Notes under the pieces: model-generated
What the model was told of the DNA's origin: nothing
The model's input: only the letters and a program-made list of their open reading frames with translations
Databases searched by the model: none
NCBI GenBank assembly: GCA_040143965.1
Contig: JASJQH010000068.1
Span: 1-34,111 of the forward strand
Source of the DNA: Basidiobolus ranarum
Lineage: Eukaryota
DNA: 34,111 nt
Direction of reading: 5' to 3'
Part shown: in pieces, positions 33,655-34,111 of the stretch
How positions within the stretch are numbered: the stretch's first letter is position 1
Layout: each line of letters begins with the position of its first letter
Program-made: the position numbers and the translations under genes

Positions 33655-34111
33655 TCAAATTCCTGATCGGCTTAGTTCTGCTTTCAGGTACTTCTGGAAC
33701 GAAGGAACGTAGTGATGGTTCATGAGCGTGTAATGGGCACCAGGGACATCGATGTAATTGTTAGCCTTTCGAGTGAACCCATCCCATCCTTTAAGCATTC
33801 CATTCAACCAATCTTCCTTCTTTCCAGCTAGAGGTATGGCATAAAATACTGATACTTGCTCTACATTGCCACTAGGTTCATAATTACGACCACATTTGAG
33901 CAAAGACTCCGCGATATCAACCCATTTTTCTAGTTGAATCTGATCAATCTCCAACTCCTTGATTCTATCGGGGGAGGCTTTTGACCAGACATAATTGATT
34001 TGTTCTGCGCGAGTCAAGGTATGAAGATGAGGGGAAACCTTCTTGGCCTCTTCTTTAGTGATAAGGTCTAAGAAGTAAGATAAATTCAAGAATCCTTCAG
34101 TCCAATTTAGT
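33655..34111 (-). CDS. C-terminal thioesterase domain of an A-T-TE NRPS-like enzyme (atromentin/TdiA/MicA-type); 5' part lies outside the window
   Basis: Frame is open to the window edge: LNWTEGFLNLSYFLDLI...NYEPSGNV..VFYAIPL..WL..W..F...VPGAHYTLM..HYVPSFQKYLKAELSRSGI*. This matches the conserved C-terminus of aromatic alpha-keto-acid-dimerising NRPS-like enzymes, with the catalytic His in GAHYT. Confidence 0.8.
   Translation of the reverse strand, partial: LNWTEGFLNLSYFLDLITKEEAKKVSPHLHTLTRAEQINYVWSKASPDRIKELEIDQIQLEKWVDIAESLLKCGRNYEPSGNVEQVSVFYAIPLAGKKEDWLNGMLKGWDGFTRKANNYIDVPGAHYTLMNHHYVPSFQKYLKAELSRSGI

Overview
Eukaryotic, AT-rich genomic DNA with short GT-AG introns (mostly about 55-80 nt, CTAAC-like branch points). 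The velvet gene, alpha-arrestin and fungal-type G-alpha genes indicate a fungus; an early-diverging lineage such as Basidiobolus/Zoopagomycota or Mucoromycota is an impression, not proven. The left 9 kb is accessory-like: decayed, rearranged Ty1/copia elements with no CpG seen in the first ~2 kb, a small secreted cationic Cys-rich peptide gene, a CAP/SCP (PR-1-like) pseudogene, an intronless class I hyaluronan-synthase-like gene, and a MITE. The central core holds an enoyl-CoA delta-isomerase, two G-alpha subunits, an Lsi2/ArsB-like transporter, a bestrophin-like channel, a trihelix/Myb-SANT protein, RPL5 (with a candidate intronic box C/D snoRNA), an alpha-arrestin, a velvet factor and an orphan Ser-rich protein. 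The right end has an LTR-like insertion, a minisatellite and the C-terminal thioesterase of an A-T-TE NRPS-like enzyme cut off by the window edge. The strongest novelty candidates are the hyaluronan synthase, the peptide precursor, the NRPS-like enzyme and the intronic snoRNA. All assignments come from hand translation and motif recognition; no database searches were run.
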